The position numbers and the translations under genes are program-made. From an uncultured Actinomycetes bacterium (GTDB lineage Bacteria > Actinomycetota > Thermoleophilia > RBG-16-64-13), in the NCBI GenBank assembly GCA_963706025.1, contig CAVPLM010000005.1, positions 640,001-704,000 on the forward strand: a stretch of 64,000 nucleotides of DNA, given 5' to 3'. This document shows, piece by piece, positions 1-13,576 of the stretch. Numbering within the stretch: position 1 is the stretch's first letter; the number at the start of each line of letters is the position of its first letter. The notes below the pieces were generated by a model, which was given only the letters and a program-made list of their open reading frames with translations, searched no databases and was not told the DNA's origin.

Positions 1-61
1 CCTTGCGATACCAAGGGAGCCAAGGGGTCGGGCAAACCCGGCTGCGAACGGCCGGGCTCCG

Positions 62-976
<915 letters not shown>

Positions 977-1519
977 GGGTGAACTCCTGCTCCTTCCCGG
1001 AATCGCCTCGTTTGGACCGGCCGGGAGACGCCTGACCACCTGGTCTCGCACGAGGGTCAGAGCTTTCACCACCGTCCTCCCACTCGGAAGGACCAACTCC
1101 GGGGCAAGCTCGGCTAGGGGCTCGAGCACGAAGCGACGCTCCTCCATGCGCGGATGGGGGATCTCCAGATCGGCCTCCTGCAACGAGACCCCATGGTACC
1201 AAAGGATGTCGATATCGACGGTCCGAGGACCCCATCTGACCACACGCTCCCTGCCCAACTCGCTCTCGATCAGCCGAAGGGCGGAGAGAAGATCGCGGGG
1301 GGACAACGTCGTCTGTAGGCCGACCACCTGGTTGAGAAAGTCGCCCTGATCGGGGCCACCCACGGGGGCGGTCACGTAGAGAGCCGATTCTGCCGACACG
1401 CTGGTGCCGGGCAGGGCGGCCAGACGACCCCGGGCCAGCCGAAGCAAGGTCTCCCTGTCTCCCTGGTTGGAGCCCAGCCCCAGATAGACGCGGGCTGGGG
1501 CGCCCCCCGCGGCGCCCAG
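977..1519 (-). CDS. folK: HPPK (2-amino-4-hydroxy-6-hydroxymethyldihydropteridine pyrophosphokinase)
   Basis: VYLGLGSN, DFLNQV, RWGPRTVDIDIL and IPHPRMEERRFVLEPLAEL. Start (possibly CTG at 1519) and stop are uncertain. Confidence 0.88.
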
Positions 1520-1522
1520 CCC

Positions 1523-1903
1523 TCAGCCCTCGAGATCGGCGCGCTGCAGTTCCACGGCAGCGGCCACACTGGCCAGCGCACAGGCCACCGGCGGATGAGG
1601 CTTGGTCACCTGCACCCACACCTCATCGACGGGGAATCTCCGCAGGATGCTCTCGGCCGTCGCCCGGGCCAGACGTTCGAGGAGGGAGAAGCTCTGCGTG
1701 GTCGCCACTTCCACCACGACGTCGAGGACTTCCGTGTAGTCGACGGTATCGACCACGTCGTCGGTCTCGGCCGCGTCGCATTCGTCCATGGTCAGACGCA
1801 CGTCGAAAAGCAGGCGCTGCCCAAGCACCCTCTCTTCAGACGTTACCCCATGGTGGCCGTACACCTCCAGCCCTTGTATGAAGATATCCACCGTAGCCCC
1901 CAT
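1523..1903 (-). CDS. folB: Dihydroneopterin aldolase
   Basis: GHHGV..EERVLGQ, DTVDY, LLERLA and VTKPHPP; lies in the folate operon. Confidence 0.93.
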   Translation of the reverse strand: MGATVDIFIQGLEVYGHHGVTSEERVLGQRLLFDVRLTMDECDAAETDDVVDTVDYTEVLDVVVEVATTQSFSLLERLARATAESILRRFPVDEVWVQVTKPHPPVACALASVAAAVELQRADLEG

Positions 1904-1918
1904 TCCTGATCTGGCCGG

Positions 1919-3133
1919 CTAGCGCCTCCGCGGGCCGAAGACCGCCCGGGCGACGCTCAGGGCATCGCGATTGAGACCTACCCGATGCGCCCGCACAATA
2001 TGCGCGCCGGCTGCCGCCACTATCACGGTCGTGGCGGCGGTGCCCTCGTCCCGAGCCTGCGGCTCCTGGGTCCCAAGGATCTCGCCAAGGAATCTCTTGC
2101 GCGACGTCCCCACGACGATCGGTCGCCCCAGGGAACGGAAGGCTGCCAGATCCCGAAGTATCTCCAGATTGTGAACGGTCGTCTTGCCGAACCCGATACC
2201 CGGGTCTATGAGCAGGTTCTCCTCTTTCAACCCGTTGTCGACAGCCCAGTTGAGCCGCTCCACGAAGAACTCGTACACGTCTCGGACCACGTCGACATAG
2301 GTGGGCGCTTCCTGCATGGTCTTCGGTTCTCCGAGCATATGCATGAGAATCACAGGGCAGTCGGCATCCCGTACGACTGCCACCATCTCGGCGTCCATCC
2401 GTAGAGCGGAGATATCATTGATCATGTAAGCGCCCGCGGCCAGCGCGTCAGCCGCCACCGCGGCCTTGTACGTGTCGACGGAGATCTGCCCCGGCAGGGC
2501 CGCAGCCAAGGCCCTTACGACCGGTAGCACCCGTTCCCGCTCCACCCGCACCGAGAGCGCGTCCGCCCCCGGCCGGGTCGACTCGCCCCCTACGTCCACC
2601 AGCGCCGCCCCTTCGCGGGCCATGTCCAGGCCGGCACGCACCGCTGCTTCCGGGTCGGAGAGAAGGCCTCCGTCGGAGAACGAATCGGGGGTGACGTTGA
2701 CCACTCCCATCACCAGCGGAGCGTCGGACAGGTCGAGACCCGGATGACACGCCGGAACTGGGTTGTCGTGATTACGGAGGGCTGCCTCGATCGAACGGGA
2801 GAGGCGGCGCAGCCCAAACGGCTGGACCTGGAGTTTGGGAAGGAGCCGGTCGAACTGGGCGAGGGTGCCCATCACCAGGCAATCGGCTTCGTCGCCGCGC
2901 GTCTCGTACACGTCCCGGGAAACAGCTACCTCCCCGCCCCGAGACAGCATCTCCTGCTTCAGGATGCTGGCGGCGCGGACATCGAGCCCCGTCACCCGCA
3001 GCACGCGGAAAAGGGCCTTCTTGTCCATGATGTCGACGCCCGCCGGAGAGACCCGGGCTTGGGCCATGGCGGCCCTGATCTCCGCCAGGTCGCGGAGTGC
3101 CAGGACCTGGGGACGACCTTCGTCCGGGATCAT
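1919..3133 (-). CDS. folP: Dihydropteroate synthase with ~130 aa N-terminal extension
   Basis: MGVVNVTPDSFSDGG, DVGGESTRPG, IDPGIGFGK and GTSRKRF. Confidence 0.95.
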   Translation of the reverse strand: MIPDEGRPQVLALRDLAEIRAAMAQARVSPAGVDIMDKKALFRVLRVTGLDVRAASILKQEMLSRGGEVAVSRDVYETRGDEADCLVMGTLAQFDRLLPKLQVQPFGLRRLSRSIEAALRNHDNPVPACHPGLDLSDAPLVMGVVNVTPDSFSDGGLLSDPEAAVRAGLDMAREGAALVDVGGESTRPGADALSVRVERERVLPVVRALAAALPGQISVDTYKAAVAADALAAGAYMINDISALRMDAEMVAVVRDADCPVILMHMLGEPKTMQEAPTYVDVVRDVYEFFVERLNWAVDNGLKEENLLIDPGIGFGKTTVHNLEILRDLAAFRSLGRPIVVGTSRKRFLGEILGTQEPQARDEGTAATTVIVAAAGAHIVRAHRVGLNRDALSVARAVFGPRRR

Positions 3134-3150
3134 CGCGTCCGGCTCCCGGG

Positions 3151-3720
3151 TCAGCCTGGGGGAGCCTCTATAAGGGCCAAGACCTCAGCTCGGGTGGCAG
3201 CGTTGGTCCGGAAGACGCCACGCACCGCAGACGTGACCACCCGCGATCCGGGCGCCCGCACACCCCGCATGGACATGCATAGGTGCTCGGCTTGGATCAG
3301 CACCAGAACCCCTGCGGGGTCGAGAGAAGTCACCAGCGTGTCGGCTATCGTGCTCGTCAACCGCTCCTGCAGTTGCAGCCGCGCAGCCGCGGTACGCACC
3401 AGCCGTACCACCTTGGACAACCCGGTGATCTTGCCGTGCTTCGAAGGGATATAGGCCACGTGGGCCACGCCGAAGAAAGGCAACAGGTGATGCTCGCACA
3501 GTGAGTGAAACGTGATATTCCGGACGAGGACCATCTCCTGGTGGGTGTCGGAACCGATGGCCACCACGATGGAGGAGAGGTCTGCGGACTCTGTGGCGAT
3601 GACGTCTTCATACATCTCCGCCACCCGCCGAGGGGTGTCCACCAGACCCTCGCGTTCGGGGTCCTCCCCGATACCCTCGAGCAGAAGGCGGATACCCTTC
3701 TCGATCTTGGCTCTATCCAC
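3151..3720 (-). CDS. folE: GTP cyclohydrolase I
   Basis: SLCEHHLLPFFG, GLSK, QLQERLT and AEHLCMSMRG. Confidence 0.96.
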   Translation of the reverse strand: MDRAKIEKGIRLLLEGIGEDPEREGLVDTPRRVAEMYEDVIATESADLSSIVVAIGSDTHQEMVLVRNITFHSLCEHHLLPFFGVAHVAYIPSKHGKITGLSKVVRLVRTAAARLQLQERLTSTIADTLVTSLDPAGVLVLIQAEHLCMSMRGVRAPGSRVVTSAVRGVFRTNAATRAEVLALIEAPPG

Positions 3721-3747
3721 GGAGTGGCCTGGGCACGCTCTTCCCGT

Positions 3748-5715
<1,968 letters not shown>

Positions 5716-5766
5716 CTGGACTCCACCAATCGTTGTATCAGGGCCAGAGATACTACCACAAGGGCG

Positions 5767-6282
5767 CTAGTCCAAGTCGTCGATCACACCGATGTAGGGC
5801 AGATTGCGGTACTTCTCGGCATAGTCCAGCCCATATCCCACCACGAACTCGTTCGGGATCTCGAAGCCTGTGTAGCGACACTGAAGCTCCGCCGTCCGGC
5901 GACTGGGCTTGCTGAGCAGGGTGACGATCTCGATGGAGGCCGGGTTGCGAGAGCCCAGGTTGTTGGTAAGGTACTGGAGGGTCAGACCGGAGTCGATGAT
6001 GTCCTCCACTATGAGGACGTGCCGGCCCTCGATGTCGACATCAAGGTCTTTGAGGATCCTCACGACCCCCGAGCTATCGGTCGACTGCCCATAGCTCGAC
6101 ACGGCCATGAACTCGACCTCAAGCTCAAAGGGCAGCCGTCGGGCCAGGTCGGCCATGAAGAAGATGGCTCCCTTGAGGACGCAGACCAGAATAGGGTATT
6201 TGCCTTCGTAATCAGCCCTGATGGCGGCGGCCAGGTCGTCGACCTTGGCCTGCAATTCCTCCCTGGATATGAGGACTCTCAC
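5767..6282 (-). CDS. hpt: Hypoxanthine phosphoribosyltransferase
   Basis: VLIVEDIIDSGLT and FVVGYGLDY; tilS-hpt-ftsH synteny. Confidence 0.96.
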   Translation of the reverse strand: MRVLISREELQAKVDDLAAAIRADYEGKYPILVCVLKGAIFFMADLARRLPFELEVEFMAVSSYGQSTDSSGVVRILKDLDVDIEGRHVLIVEDIIDSGLTLQYLTNNLGSRNPASIEIVTLLSKPSRRTAELQCRYTGFEIPNEFVVGYGLDYAEKYRNLPYIGVIDDLD

Positions 6283-6288
6283 TGCCCT

Positions 6289-7728
6289 CTAGCCCTCTCC
6301 TTTGTCTGCCTCCGGCGATCCGGCGCCGTCCGGACGCGGACTCAAGCTCAACCGCACGATGGTGGTGGTATCGCGCCCTATTCTACCCTCCTCGACGACC
6401 ACCAATCCACACACCCACACGATGCTGTCGCCACAGACCACCAGCGGCGTGCGAGCCCGCGCACCGGCCGGCACCCGGAGGTCGACGAACAAGTCCTGGA
6501 GCTTGCGTGTCCCCGGCGCGCCAAGTGGCCGCAGCCGGTCCCCCGGCTGCGGCGCCCGAACCACCAGCGGACCTGCGAGCAGGCGGGCATCGACATAGGC
6601 CTCGAGTGCGGGATCGGGGGCGAAGAAACGCTCCACACGCTCGGCCCGGATGTGCGCTCCTTCCCATTCCACCTCACCAGGCACGGGCAGCGACATCGGG
6701 CCAGGCACCGGCGGTAGCATCTGGACGCCCCGCTCGAGCCGGATGAGGTCGTACTCCTTGCAGGCGCGCCAGCCGCCGCCGAGCGCGCGTTCCGCCGACC
6801 CCGGCACCGCGAGCAACGCCTCGACGGCCAGCACCGCCGCGCGCGACGCGATGGCCGTCGTCCGCCCCTCGAGCCACTGATGCAACAGCAACCTGCGCAC
6901 CGCCGGAGAGAGCTGCGACAATCTGGATGCGCTCAGTCCCGCGGCGTGGGCCGCGTCCGGGTGACCGACATGGGCACCGGCCTCTGCCAGCACGCCCTTC
7001 ACCAATCCTTCCATCTCAGCGGCCACTTCCGCCGCCCGGGCGGCTGCATCCACCGCACCTGGCAACACGGCTTCCCAAGCGGGGAGAACCTGCTCTCGGA
7101 TGCCGGTCCGCGCGTAGCCCGGGTACGCGTTGCCCCGATCTTCGGCGAACTCGACTCCATGTTCCCGGCAATATGCCGCGGTCTCTTCCCGCCGGCAGCC
7201 CAGCAATGGCCGGACCCACGGCGGGTCACACGGCGTCATGCTCCGGAAGGCCGCCAGACCCCCATAGCGCCCCAGCCGGTAGAGCATGGTCTCCACCTGG
7301 TCGTCCGCGGTATGCCCCAGAGCGATCCTCGTGCAATCCCATTCCCGGGCTGCCTGAAGCGCGGCCTCCTGCCGGGCGGCGCGCGCCGACTCCTGGACGC
7401 TGCCCGCCGCCTTGTCTATGGGCCGATGCGCTACGTCGAGCTCCACCCCCAGTCGGGCACACGTGCGTACCACCAGCGCCTCATCTGCCTGGCTCTCCTC
7501 GCCTCGGAGATGATGATTCACGTGCAGCGCGTATACGGATGCGGGGCCCGCCCGGCCGGCCGATCTGCCGGCCAGCAGATGAAGCAGAGCCAGGGAATCC
7601 TGACCCCCGGACACCATGATCAAGGCGCGGGAACCCGGAGGGAACATACCCTCACGGGACATCAACGCCCGCGCTTTGCGGGCTAGGGATGGTCGCGCTT
7701 GCCTACCCGGCGCCGCCCCCTTCGTCAC
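6289..7728 (-). CDS. tilS: tRNA(Ile)-lysidine synthetase
   Basis: SGGQDS PP-loop, HVNHHLRG, GHTADDQVET, RPLL and a C-terminal RKLQDLFVDL domain. Confidence 0.94.
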   Translation of the reverse strand: MTKGAAPGRQARPSLARKARALMSREGMFPPGSRALIMVSGGQDSLALLHLLAGRSAGRAGPASVYALHVNHHLRGEESQADEALVVRTCARLGVELDVAHRPIDKAAGSVQESARAARQEAALQAAREWDCTRIALGHTADDQVETMLYRLGRYGGLAAFRSMTPCDPPWVRPLLGCRREETAAYCREHGVEFAEDRGNAYPGYARTGIREQVLPAWEAVLPGAVDAAARAAEVAAEMEGLVKGVLAEAGAHVGHPDAAHAAGLSASRLSQLSPAVRRLLLHQWLEGRTTAIASRAAVLAVEALLAVPGSAERALGGGWRACKEYDLIRLERGVQMLPPVPGPMSLPVPGEVEWEGAHIRAERVERFFAPDPALEAYVDARLLAGPLVVRAPQPGDRLRPLGAPGTRKLQDLFVDLRVPAGARARTPLVVCGDSIVWVCGLVVVEEGRIGRDTTTIVRLSLSPRPDGAGSPEADKGEG

Positions 7729-7822
7729 GAGTTCTCACCCTCCCTGGTTTCGTCAGTTGGGGCTGGTATTGTACTACCACTCTCAAAGCACTCCGGAGCA
7801 CGAGCGGGGCAGGAGACGGGCT

Positions 7823-9119
7823 CTGACCAACGCGGTTGGCATATCTGGTACGCACGGACGGCTTCTGATCGTCCACGGACACGAGTTGTCCTCGTACAAC
7901 TTCAGCGATGAACACCCGCTGCAGCCGACCCGGTATGAGCTCACGATGTCCTTGCTCTCCAGTCTGGGATGGCTTGACAGAAGCGATCTCGACGTCGAAG
8001 CTCCGCGGCCCGCCCTCACGGAGGAGTTGCTCACCGTGCACTCGTACCCCTACGTGCAGGCGGTCGCTCACGCGCAGGCGATAGCCCAAGGGATGACCCA
8101 GCCCATCGATCTGAGCCTCTACGGGCTGGGGACAGCGGACAACCCGCTTTTCCCCGCCATTCATGATGCTTCTGCCCTGTACACAGGCGCGACGATACAG
8201 GCCATGAACGCCCTCATGGAGGGGCGAGCGGTCCATGCTTATGCTCCCGCCGGCGGCCAGCACCACGCCATGAGGGCTCGAGCGTCGGGGTTCTGCGTCT
8301 ACAACGATTGTGCGGTCGCCATCACGGCGGCGGTGGCGGCCGGCTACCGGGTCGCGTATGTCGATCTCGACGCCCATCACGGGGACGGGGTACAGGCCGC
8401 CTTCTACAGCGATCCCGCGCGTTCTCACGATCTCGATCCACGAATCTGGACGCTATCTATTCCCTGGGACCGGGGGCGTGGACGAGATGGGCGCCGGCGA
8501 AGGGGCAGGCGCCTCGATCAACGTACCCCTGCCGCCCATGGCGGGCGACGACGCCATCCTTCTCGCGATGGAACGTATAGTCGTCCCAGCAGTGCGCTCT
8601 TTCGCTCCCGATATCATGGTGGCGCAGACGGGGTGTGACACCCATCATAGGGATCCTCTTACCCACCTCACCGCCACCCTCCCTCTCTACCCCAGACTGG
8701 CCGAGCACCTCCACGATCTGGCCCACGAGTGCTGTTCCGGGCGCTGGCTCATCGTCGGCGGGGGCGGATACGACCCGGTCGACGTGACACCACGCGCTTG
8801 GACCGCGTTCTTCGGCACGGTCCTGGGCCAGGAGACCGCCGACGTCGAGTTGCCGCAAGATTGGATCCGGGCCTCCAGGCAACTCGGGGGCGACCCCCCA
8901 AGCCGCCTCCTTGATGATCCCGGTCCGGTCTGCGATCCCCTGCCCGCCGGAACCATCACCCAACTGCTCACGGATATCGAAGACACGGCCCTGGCCGAGC
9001 TCCGGCGGCAGCACGGACGCGATCGACCACGTCGGCGGGCGTCTCTTCGTCACCACCTTGCACTCCACCGCCGGCTTTGCTTATATTGGCACGCCCGAAC
9101 ATCCCAAAGGAGGAGAACC
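7823..9119 (+). CDS. Zn-dependent deacetylase (AcuC/histone deacetylase family), frameshift near 8420
   Basis: HPLQP.R, GGQHHA, SGFCVYND and DLDAHHGDG in one frame; SIHESGRYLFPGTG, GCDTH..DPL and GGGGY in the next. Ends are approximate. Confidence 0.88.
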
Positions 9120-9308
9120 ATGGGTGTCCCCAAAGTCGATCCCGATCTTTGCACCGGCTGCGGTATCTGTGAGGATATCTGCCCCGATGTGTTCGAGATC
9201 GGCGATGACGGCCTGTCTCACGTGATCGACCCGAACGCATGCGAAGACTCAAGCTGCTGCGAAGAAGCGGTCGACGAGTGCCCGGAGGGCGCCATCAACA
9301 TCGAGTGA
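9120..9308 (+). CDS. Ferredoxin (single 4Fe-4S type)
   Basis: CTGCGICEDICPDVF...CPEGAI; own AGGAGG RBS. Confidence 0.9.
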   Translation: MGVPKVDPDLCTGCGICEDICPDVFEIGDDGLSHVIDPNACEDSSCCEEAVDECPEGAINIE

Positions 9309-9361
9309 ACCCACCGCGGTCTTTTCGCGGAGCAATACCTGACTACAGCATTCCGTTCATG

Positions 9362-9395
9362 AAAAAGCCGCCCCTCCCGGAGGAGCGGCTTTTTC
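9362..9395 (+). terminator. Rho-independent terminator
   Basis: AAAAAGCCGC...GCGGCTTTTT hairpin after the ferredoxin. Confidence 0.75.
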
Positions 9396-9989
9396 ATGCT
9401 TCCAAAGGGAGGTCTGCCATGGCCCCTGTTCGACCATGAACGCGTCCCCCCGGGGCAACGCCTCGTGTCCGACTTCCCTGTGCTCCATGCCGGTTCGATA
9501 ATGCGCGTCCAGCGAGACGCCTGGCGTTTGACCATCGACGGGCTCGTCGATCCCTCCCTCACGCTGGATTGGGACGCTCTACTTGCTCTGCCGGCGACCG
9601 AGCAGACCTGCGACATCCATTGCGTGACGGGCTGGACCAAGCTCGACACCCGATGGAAGGGCGTGCGGGTGTCCAGACTGTTCGAGGACCTCGTTCTGTC
9701 CCCCGAGGCCCAGCACGCGGTCGTTCGCGCTTATGGCGGCTGGACGACCAACCTCCCCCTGGAGGAGCTGTTGCGGGACGACGTGCTTCTCGCCTACGAA
9801 TACGAGGGCCAGCCTATCCCCGCCGAGCACGGGGGGCCTGTGCGGCTTATCGTGCCCCGCCTCTACTTCTGGAAGAGCGCCAAGTGGCTCGAGGGGATCG
9901 AGGTGACCGCGGACGAGCGCTTGGGCTACTGGGAACGCCTCGGCTACCACCGCCTCGGCGACCCCTGGCTGGAGCAGCGCTACTCGTAG
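9396..9989 (+). CDS. Sulfite oxidase-like molybdopterin-binding oxidoreductase
   Basis: RVPPGQ, DIHCVTGW and EHGGPVRLIVPRLYFWKSAKW. Confidence 0.88.
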   Translation: MLPKGGLPWPLFDHERVPPGQRLVSDFPVLHAGSIMRVQRDAWRLTIDGLVDPSLTLDWDALLALPATEQTCDIHCVTGWTKLDTRWKGVRVSRLFEDLVLSPEAQHAVVRAYGGWTTNLPLEELLRDDVLLAYEYEGQPIPAEHGGPVRLIVPRLYFWKSAKWLEGIEVTADERLGYWERLGYHRLGDPWLEQRYS

Positions 9990-10089
9990 CGATCATCGGC
10001 GGCCGGGCCGCCGGCCGACAGTGCCCCAGTGCCGGGACCGGCCGCGGCCTGCGGCGGTGCCCGGCCGCTTCCCGTCCCCCGCAGGATAC

Positions 10090-11622
10090 ATGCCCTTTCT
10101 GTCGAACGGTTTTGCCCGAGGAGAAAGGAGCAAGAACATCGAGTTTCCCGGCTTGATCCGACTCGGACTGGCTGTCTTCACAGCCGTCTTGCTGACGACA
10201 GCATGCGTGGTTTCCGTGTGGAGGACCGGCTCCGACCGTCACCTGCGAAAGGCGCGTTTTCTCTCGGAGATCGGGCTGGCCGCCCTTCTGCTTGCTCTAT
10301 GCGCACTGCTGGCCGTCCGACCCACACCGGAGCAGGGATCGTTCCCGTTGGGCCAGGTACTTCTGCTGGCAGCCGCTTTGGCGTCTTGCTCGATCTCCTT
10401 TTCCTTGCGGGCGCGAGGCTCGGTCGACGCCGAGCGGCCGCTCGATACCTCCACCGTCGACGCCCTCACTCATGTCGCCAGCCATAGGGCTTTCCAGGAT
10501 CGCCTGGTCCACGAGTGCGAGCGGGCCTATCGCTTCGGCGACACTTTCATGCTGCTCGTGCTCGACCTGGACGACTTCCACCCCATCAACAACCAGTACG
10601 GACACCGCACCGGAGACCGGATACTCCTCGAACTGGCGCGGCAGCTCCGGGGACAGCTGCGTGAGATCGACATGGTCGCTCGCTTCGGCGGCGACCAGTT
10701 CGCGATGATCCTGCCGCATACCTACGAGAAAGGCGGTACGGACGTCGCCGAACGCCTCCGGCAAAACGTCGCGAGTTGGGTCTTCCTCACCACCGGGGGA
10801 GTTGACATACACCTCACCGTCAGCCTAGGCCTTTGCGCCTATCCCCGGGACGGCGCCTCGGCGCCCGAATTGGTGGAAGCAGCCCAGAAAGCCCTGAAGT
10901 TCGCGAAAGCAATGGGCGGGAATCAGGTCCAGGCGTCTCGAGACCTTCCCAGCAAGGAAGCCCCCGACAACGTGGTATCCCTGTCTCGCTCCGGAAGGGG
11001 AGCCATCGTACGCAGTCTGGCCGCCGCGGTCGACCTGCGCGACGGCTACACGCGCGAGCATTCCCAGCTCGTCTCGGAGCTCTCGGTCGCCGTCGCGCAT
11101 CGTCTCGCCCTCCCCACGGAGGAAGTCGCTCGCATCAGCGAAGGTGCGCTTCTGCACGATGTGGGCAAGATCGGAATCTCCGATGCCATCTTGAGCAAGG
11201 CGGGTGGTCTCTCGTCAGAGGAGTGGAAGAGCATCCGCCGTCATCCGCTATTGGGCAGGAAGATAATCGTCGAACAGGTCCCCGAGTTGATGGACGTCGT
11301 TCCGTTGGTCCTACATCACCAGGAACACTACGATGGTTCGGGGTATCCGGAGCAGCTCGGGGGCGAGGACATCCCCTTGGGCGCGCGCATTATCGCGGCA
11401 GCGGATGCATATCACGCGATCCGGTCCGACCGTCCCTACCGCTCCGGTCGCACGCACGATGAGGCCACACGGGAGCTGCGGCGCTGCAGCGGAGGGCAGT
11501 TCGATCCCCGGGTAGTGGACGCTCTGGTGGCCGCGCTCGACGGCGATCCCGCACTGCAGGGGATGCTTCCGCTCGGGGCCCGGAGGCTGGCCACCGCCGG
11601 TCCTGCAGCCGCCCGCGCCTAG
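10090..11622 (+). CDS. Membrane-bound GGDEF (GGDQF) + HD-GYP domain protein
   Basis: N-terminal TMs; DLDDFHPIN..YGH..GD and ARFGGDQF; HDVGKIG, HHQEHYDGSGYP and ADAYHAI. Start uncertain. Confidence 0.88.
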   Translation: MPFLSNGFARGERSKNIEFPGLIRLGLAVFTAVLLTTACVVSVWRTGSDRHLRKARFLSEIGLAALLLALCALLAVRPTPEQGSFPLGQVLLLAAALASCSISFSLRARGSVDAERPLDTSTVDALTHVASHRAFQDRLVHECERAYRFGDTFMLLVLDLDDFHPINNQYGHRTGDRILLELARQLRGQLREIDMVARFGGDQFAMILPHTYEKGGTDVAERLRQNVASWVFLTTGGVDIHLTVSLGLCAYPRDGASAPELVEAAQKALKFAKAMGGNQVQASRDLPSKEAPDNVVSLSRSGRGAIVRSLAAAVDLRDGYTREHSQLVSELSVAVAHRLALPTEEVARISEGALLHDVGKIGISDAILSKAGGLSSEEWKSIRRHPLLGRKIIVEQVPELMDVVPLVLHHQEHYDGSGYPEQLGGEDIPLGARIIAAADAYHAIRSDRPYRSGRTHDEATRELRRCSGGQFDPRVVDALVAALDGDPALQGMLPLGARRLATAGPAAARA

Positions 11623-11652
11623 TCGAACCGGGGCCCTCACGGCGGGGAGCCG

Positions 11653-12147
11653 CTACCAGAAGGCGACCATGCCCAGGATGTGGTAGAAGAACACCCCCAC
11701 GAAGACCACCAGCATCACCAGTGCTACTTCAAGAGCGCTGCGAAAGCGCCGGAGCCGCCAGATCACCAGACTGGTCGCGAGAACGGCGGCGATCTTGAAG
11801 AGACCCGCATAGGCCGGGTTCAACTCAAACAGCGAACGCATGATCGGGTTGGCTTCGCCCCCTCCCATGGCCAGTACGTTCACCGTGAGCAAGAAATCGG
11901 CAAGGTTCAGCATGTTCACGGTCAGCAGGATGACCCGCAGGGTCGCCGGGCGGTCTCTAAGTCCGGTCAGAACGCCCTCGAAGGCCACAGTCGCCCTGCC
12001 CGAGGAGGCTGATCCCCGCCGCTCGAAGCCGCTCCTGCGCTCGGGCCAGACCAGACTGACGCGGCGCCGGCGACGGTCGCCCTCGCGACGCTCGCCCTGG
12101 CGCCGGGCGTTCGACTCTGAGTCGATTGTAGCCCTCATCTTGCCCAT
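11653..12147 (-). CDS. Small membrane protein (DUF5658-like)
   Basis: LNLADFLLT...GEANPIM...FKI pattern with three hydrophobic helices. Confidence 0.65.
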   Translation of the reverse strand: MGKMRATIDSESNARRQGERREGDRRRRRVSLVWPERRSGFERRGSASSGRATVAFEGVLTGLRDRPATLRVILLTVNMLNLADFLLTVNVLAMGGGEANPIMRSLFELNPAYAGLFKIAAVLATSLVIWRLRRFRSALEVALVMLVVFVGVFFYHILGMVAFW

Positions 12148-12168
12148 GTGTAGAATAGTATAGCGGCA

Positions 12169-13476
12169 TCAGTCTGGAATGGATACCCCCACAGGGCCTT
12201 CGCTATTCTCCGCTGCCTGGAGGCTGAGACGGTTCCACTCTCTGTAGAGGATGGGCGCCGCGAAGACCAGGCCCAGCAGTGACACAATGCCGGCCACGCT
12301 GATCACGTACCCGGACAGATGCACGTAGAGTATCGGTGCCACCAGAGTGCCGATCAGCGCTGCAAGCTGCACGAAAGTCTGTTCCAAGCCCTGCACGCTT
12401 CCCAGCCATCGAGGCGGCACCACCTGCACCATGAAACCTTGCTTGGCCGGGTAGGACCAGGCCACCGCAAAGCCTTCGATCACATTCACCGTAAGAAAAA
12501 GGATCATGTTGGTGGTGGACCCGTACAGAATCCAGGCCAACGCTGAGACCGTGTACCCAGAGAACATGAGCACCCAGCGGTTGTAGCGATCGGCCAGATA
12601 CCCGCCGACCCAGGACAGCAGCATGGGCGCGCTGAACGCGATCCAGGTCAGGCCGATGAAGCGCACCGACGCCCCCAGCTGGCGAAGCCACAGACTCCAT
12701 AGGACCTCGAAGACTCCCATGGCGAAATGCCCTGTGGTCGCCACCACGATGAAGGCCAGCACCGGCCGGGTGACCAACCGCCTGTAGGACGGACGCTTGA
12801 CCTTCACGGCCCGGCGGCGGCGGGCGTGCTCGGGCTCCTTGATGGTGAAGAAGAGCACCACCGCCGTGATGGCCGACAGCACGCTGCCGAACAGGAAGAT
12901 CGCGTAGAAGGCCCATTTCCCCTCGCCGCCGCCCAGGCTATACAGAGGCCAGGCCAAGACCGGTCCTGCCACGAGCCCCCCGAACTGGGCGGTCGTCAGC
13001 CAGCCGTAGGCCCGGCTCCGCGTCTCCTCGGTGGAGAGGTCCGCCACCAGGGCCTGCCCGGCCGGGGTCACGGCCGCAGCCCCCACCCCTTCCAAGAATC
13101 TGAAGAAGATGAACCACGCCGGGTGCGTAGTGGTCACGAACAGAGCGGTGGCCACCGCGTACAGTGCCACCCCACCGACGATCACCGGTTTGCGCCCCAC
13201 CGAATCGCTCAGACGGCCAAAGGGAGCGGAGAACAAGAACGTACCCACGTAATAGGCGGCGGCCACCACGCCTATCAGCCACACCGGGGCCAAGGCCTGC
13301 TCCTGGAGGAACACCGGCAGGTAGGGCAAGATGGCGCCGAAACCCAGCCAGACGACCAGGCTGGCGGCGCATATCACGCCGAGCTGGAACCAATGGGTCC
13401 GCGCCGGGCCGGCGCCCGGATCGCTCGGGTCTCTATTCGGGACAGGGTCCGACTGACTTGCCACAACCGTGCTCAT
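12169..13476 (-). CDS. MFS transporter
   Basis: About 12 TM segments; motif A GRLSDSVGRK. Confidence 0.9.
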   Translation of the reverse strand: MSTVVASQSDPVPNRDPSDPGAGPARTHWFQLGVICAASLVVWLGFGAILPYLPVFLQEQALAPVWLIGVVAAAYYVGTFLFSAPFGRLSDSVGRKPVIVGGVALYAVATALFVTTTHPAWFIFFRFLEGVGAAAVTPAGQALVADLSTEETRSRAYGWLTTAQFGGLVAGPVLAWPLYSLGGGEGKWAFYAIFLFGSVLSAITAVVLFFTIKEPEHARRRRAVKVKRPSYRRLVTRPVLAFIVVATTGHFAMGVFEVLWSLWLRQLGASVRFIGLTWIAFSAPMLLSWVGGYLADRYNRWVLMFSGYTVSALAWILYGSTTNMILFLTVNVIEGFAVAWSYPAKQGFMVQVVPPRWLGSVQGLEQTFVQLAALIGTLVAPILYVHLSGYVISVAGIVSLLGLVFAAPILYREWNRLSLQAAENSEGPVGVSIPD

Positions 13477-13576
13477 GTGGGAACTTTGGGTACGATCTAC
13501 ACCACAAGATCGCGCAGCGCGCGCAGTCACACAGGCTATCACTTTGTGGCCGGTCATCGAATCAGCGGGAGGAAAG

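Noticed and set aside
8310-9308. Deacetylase-ferredoxin fusion in the ORF track
   Set aside because: The ferredoxin has its own strong RBS and ATG at 9120 and the linker is not protein-like; probably a lost stop codon.
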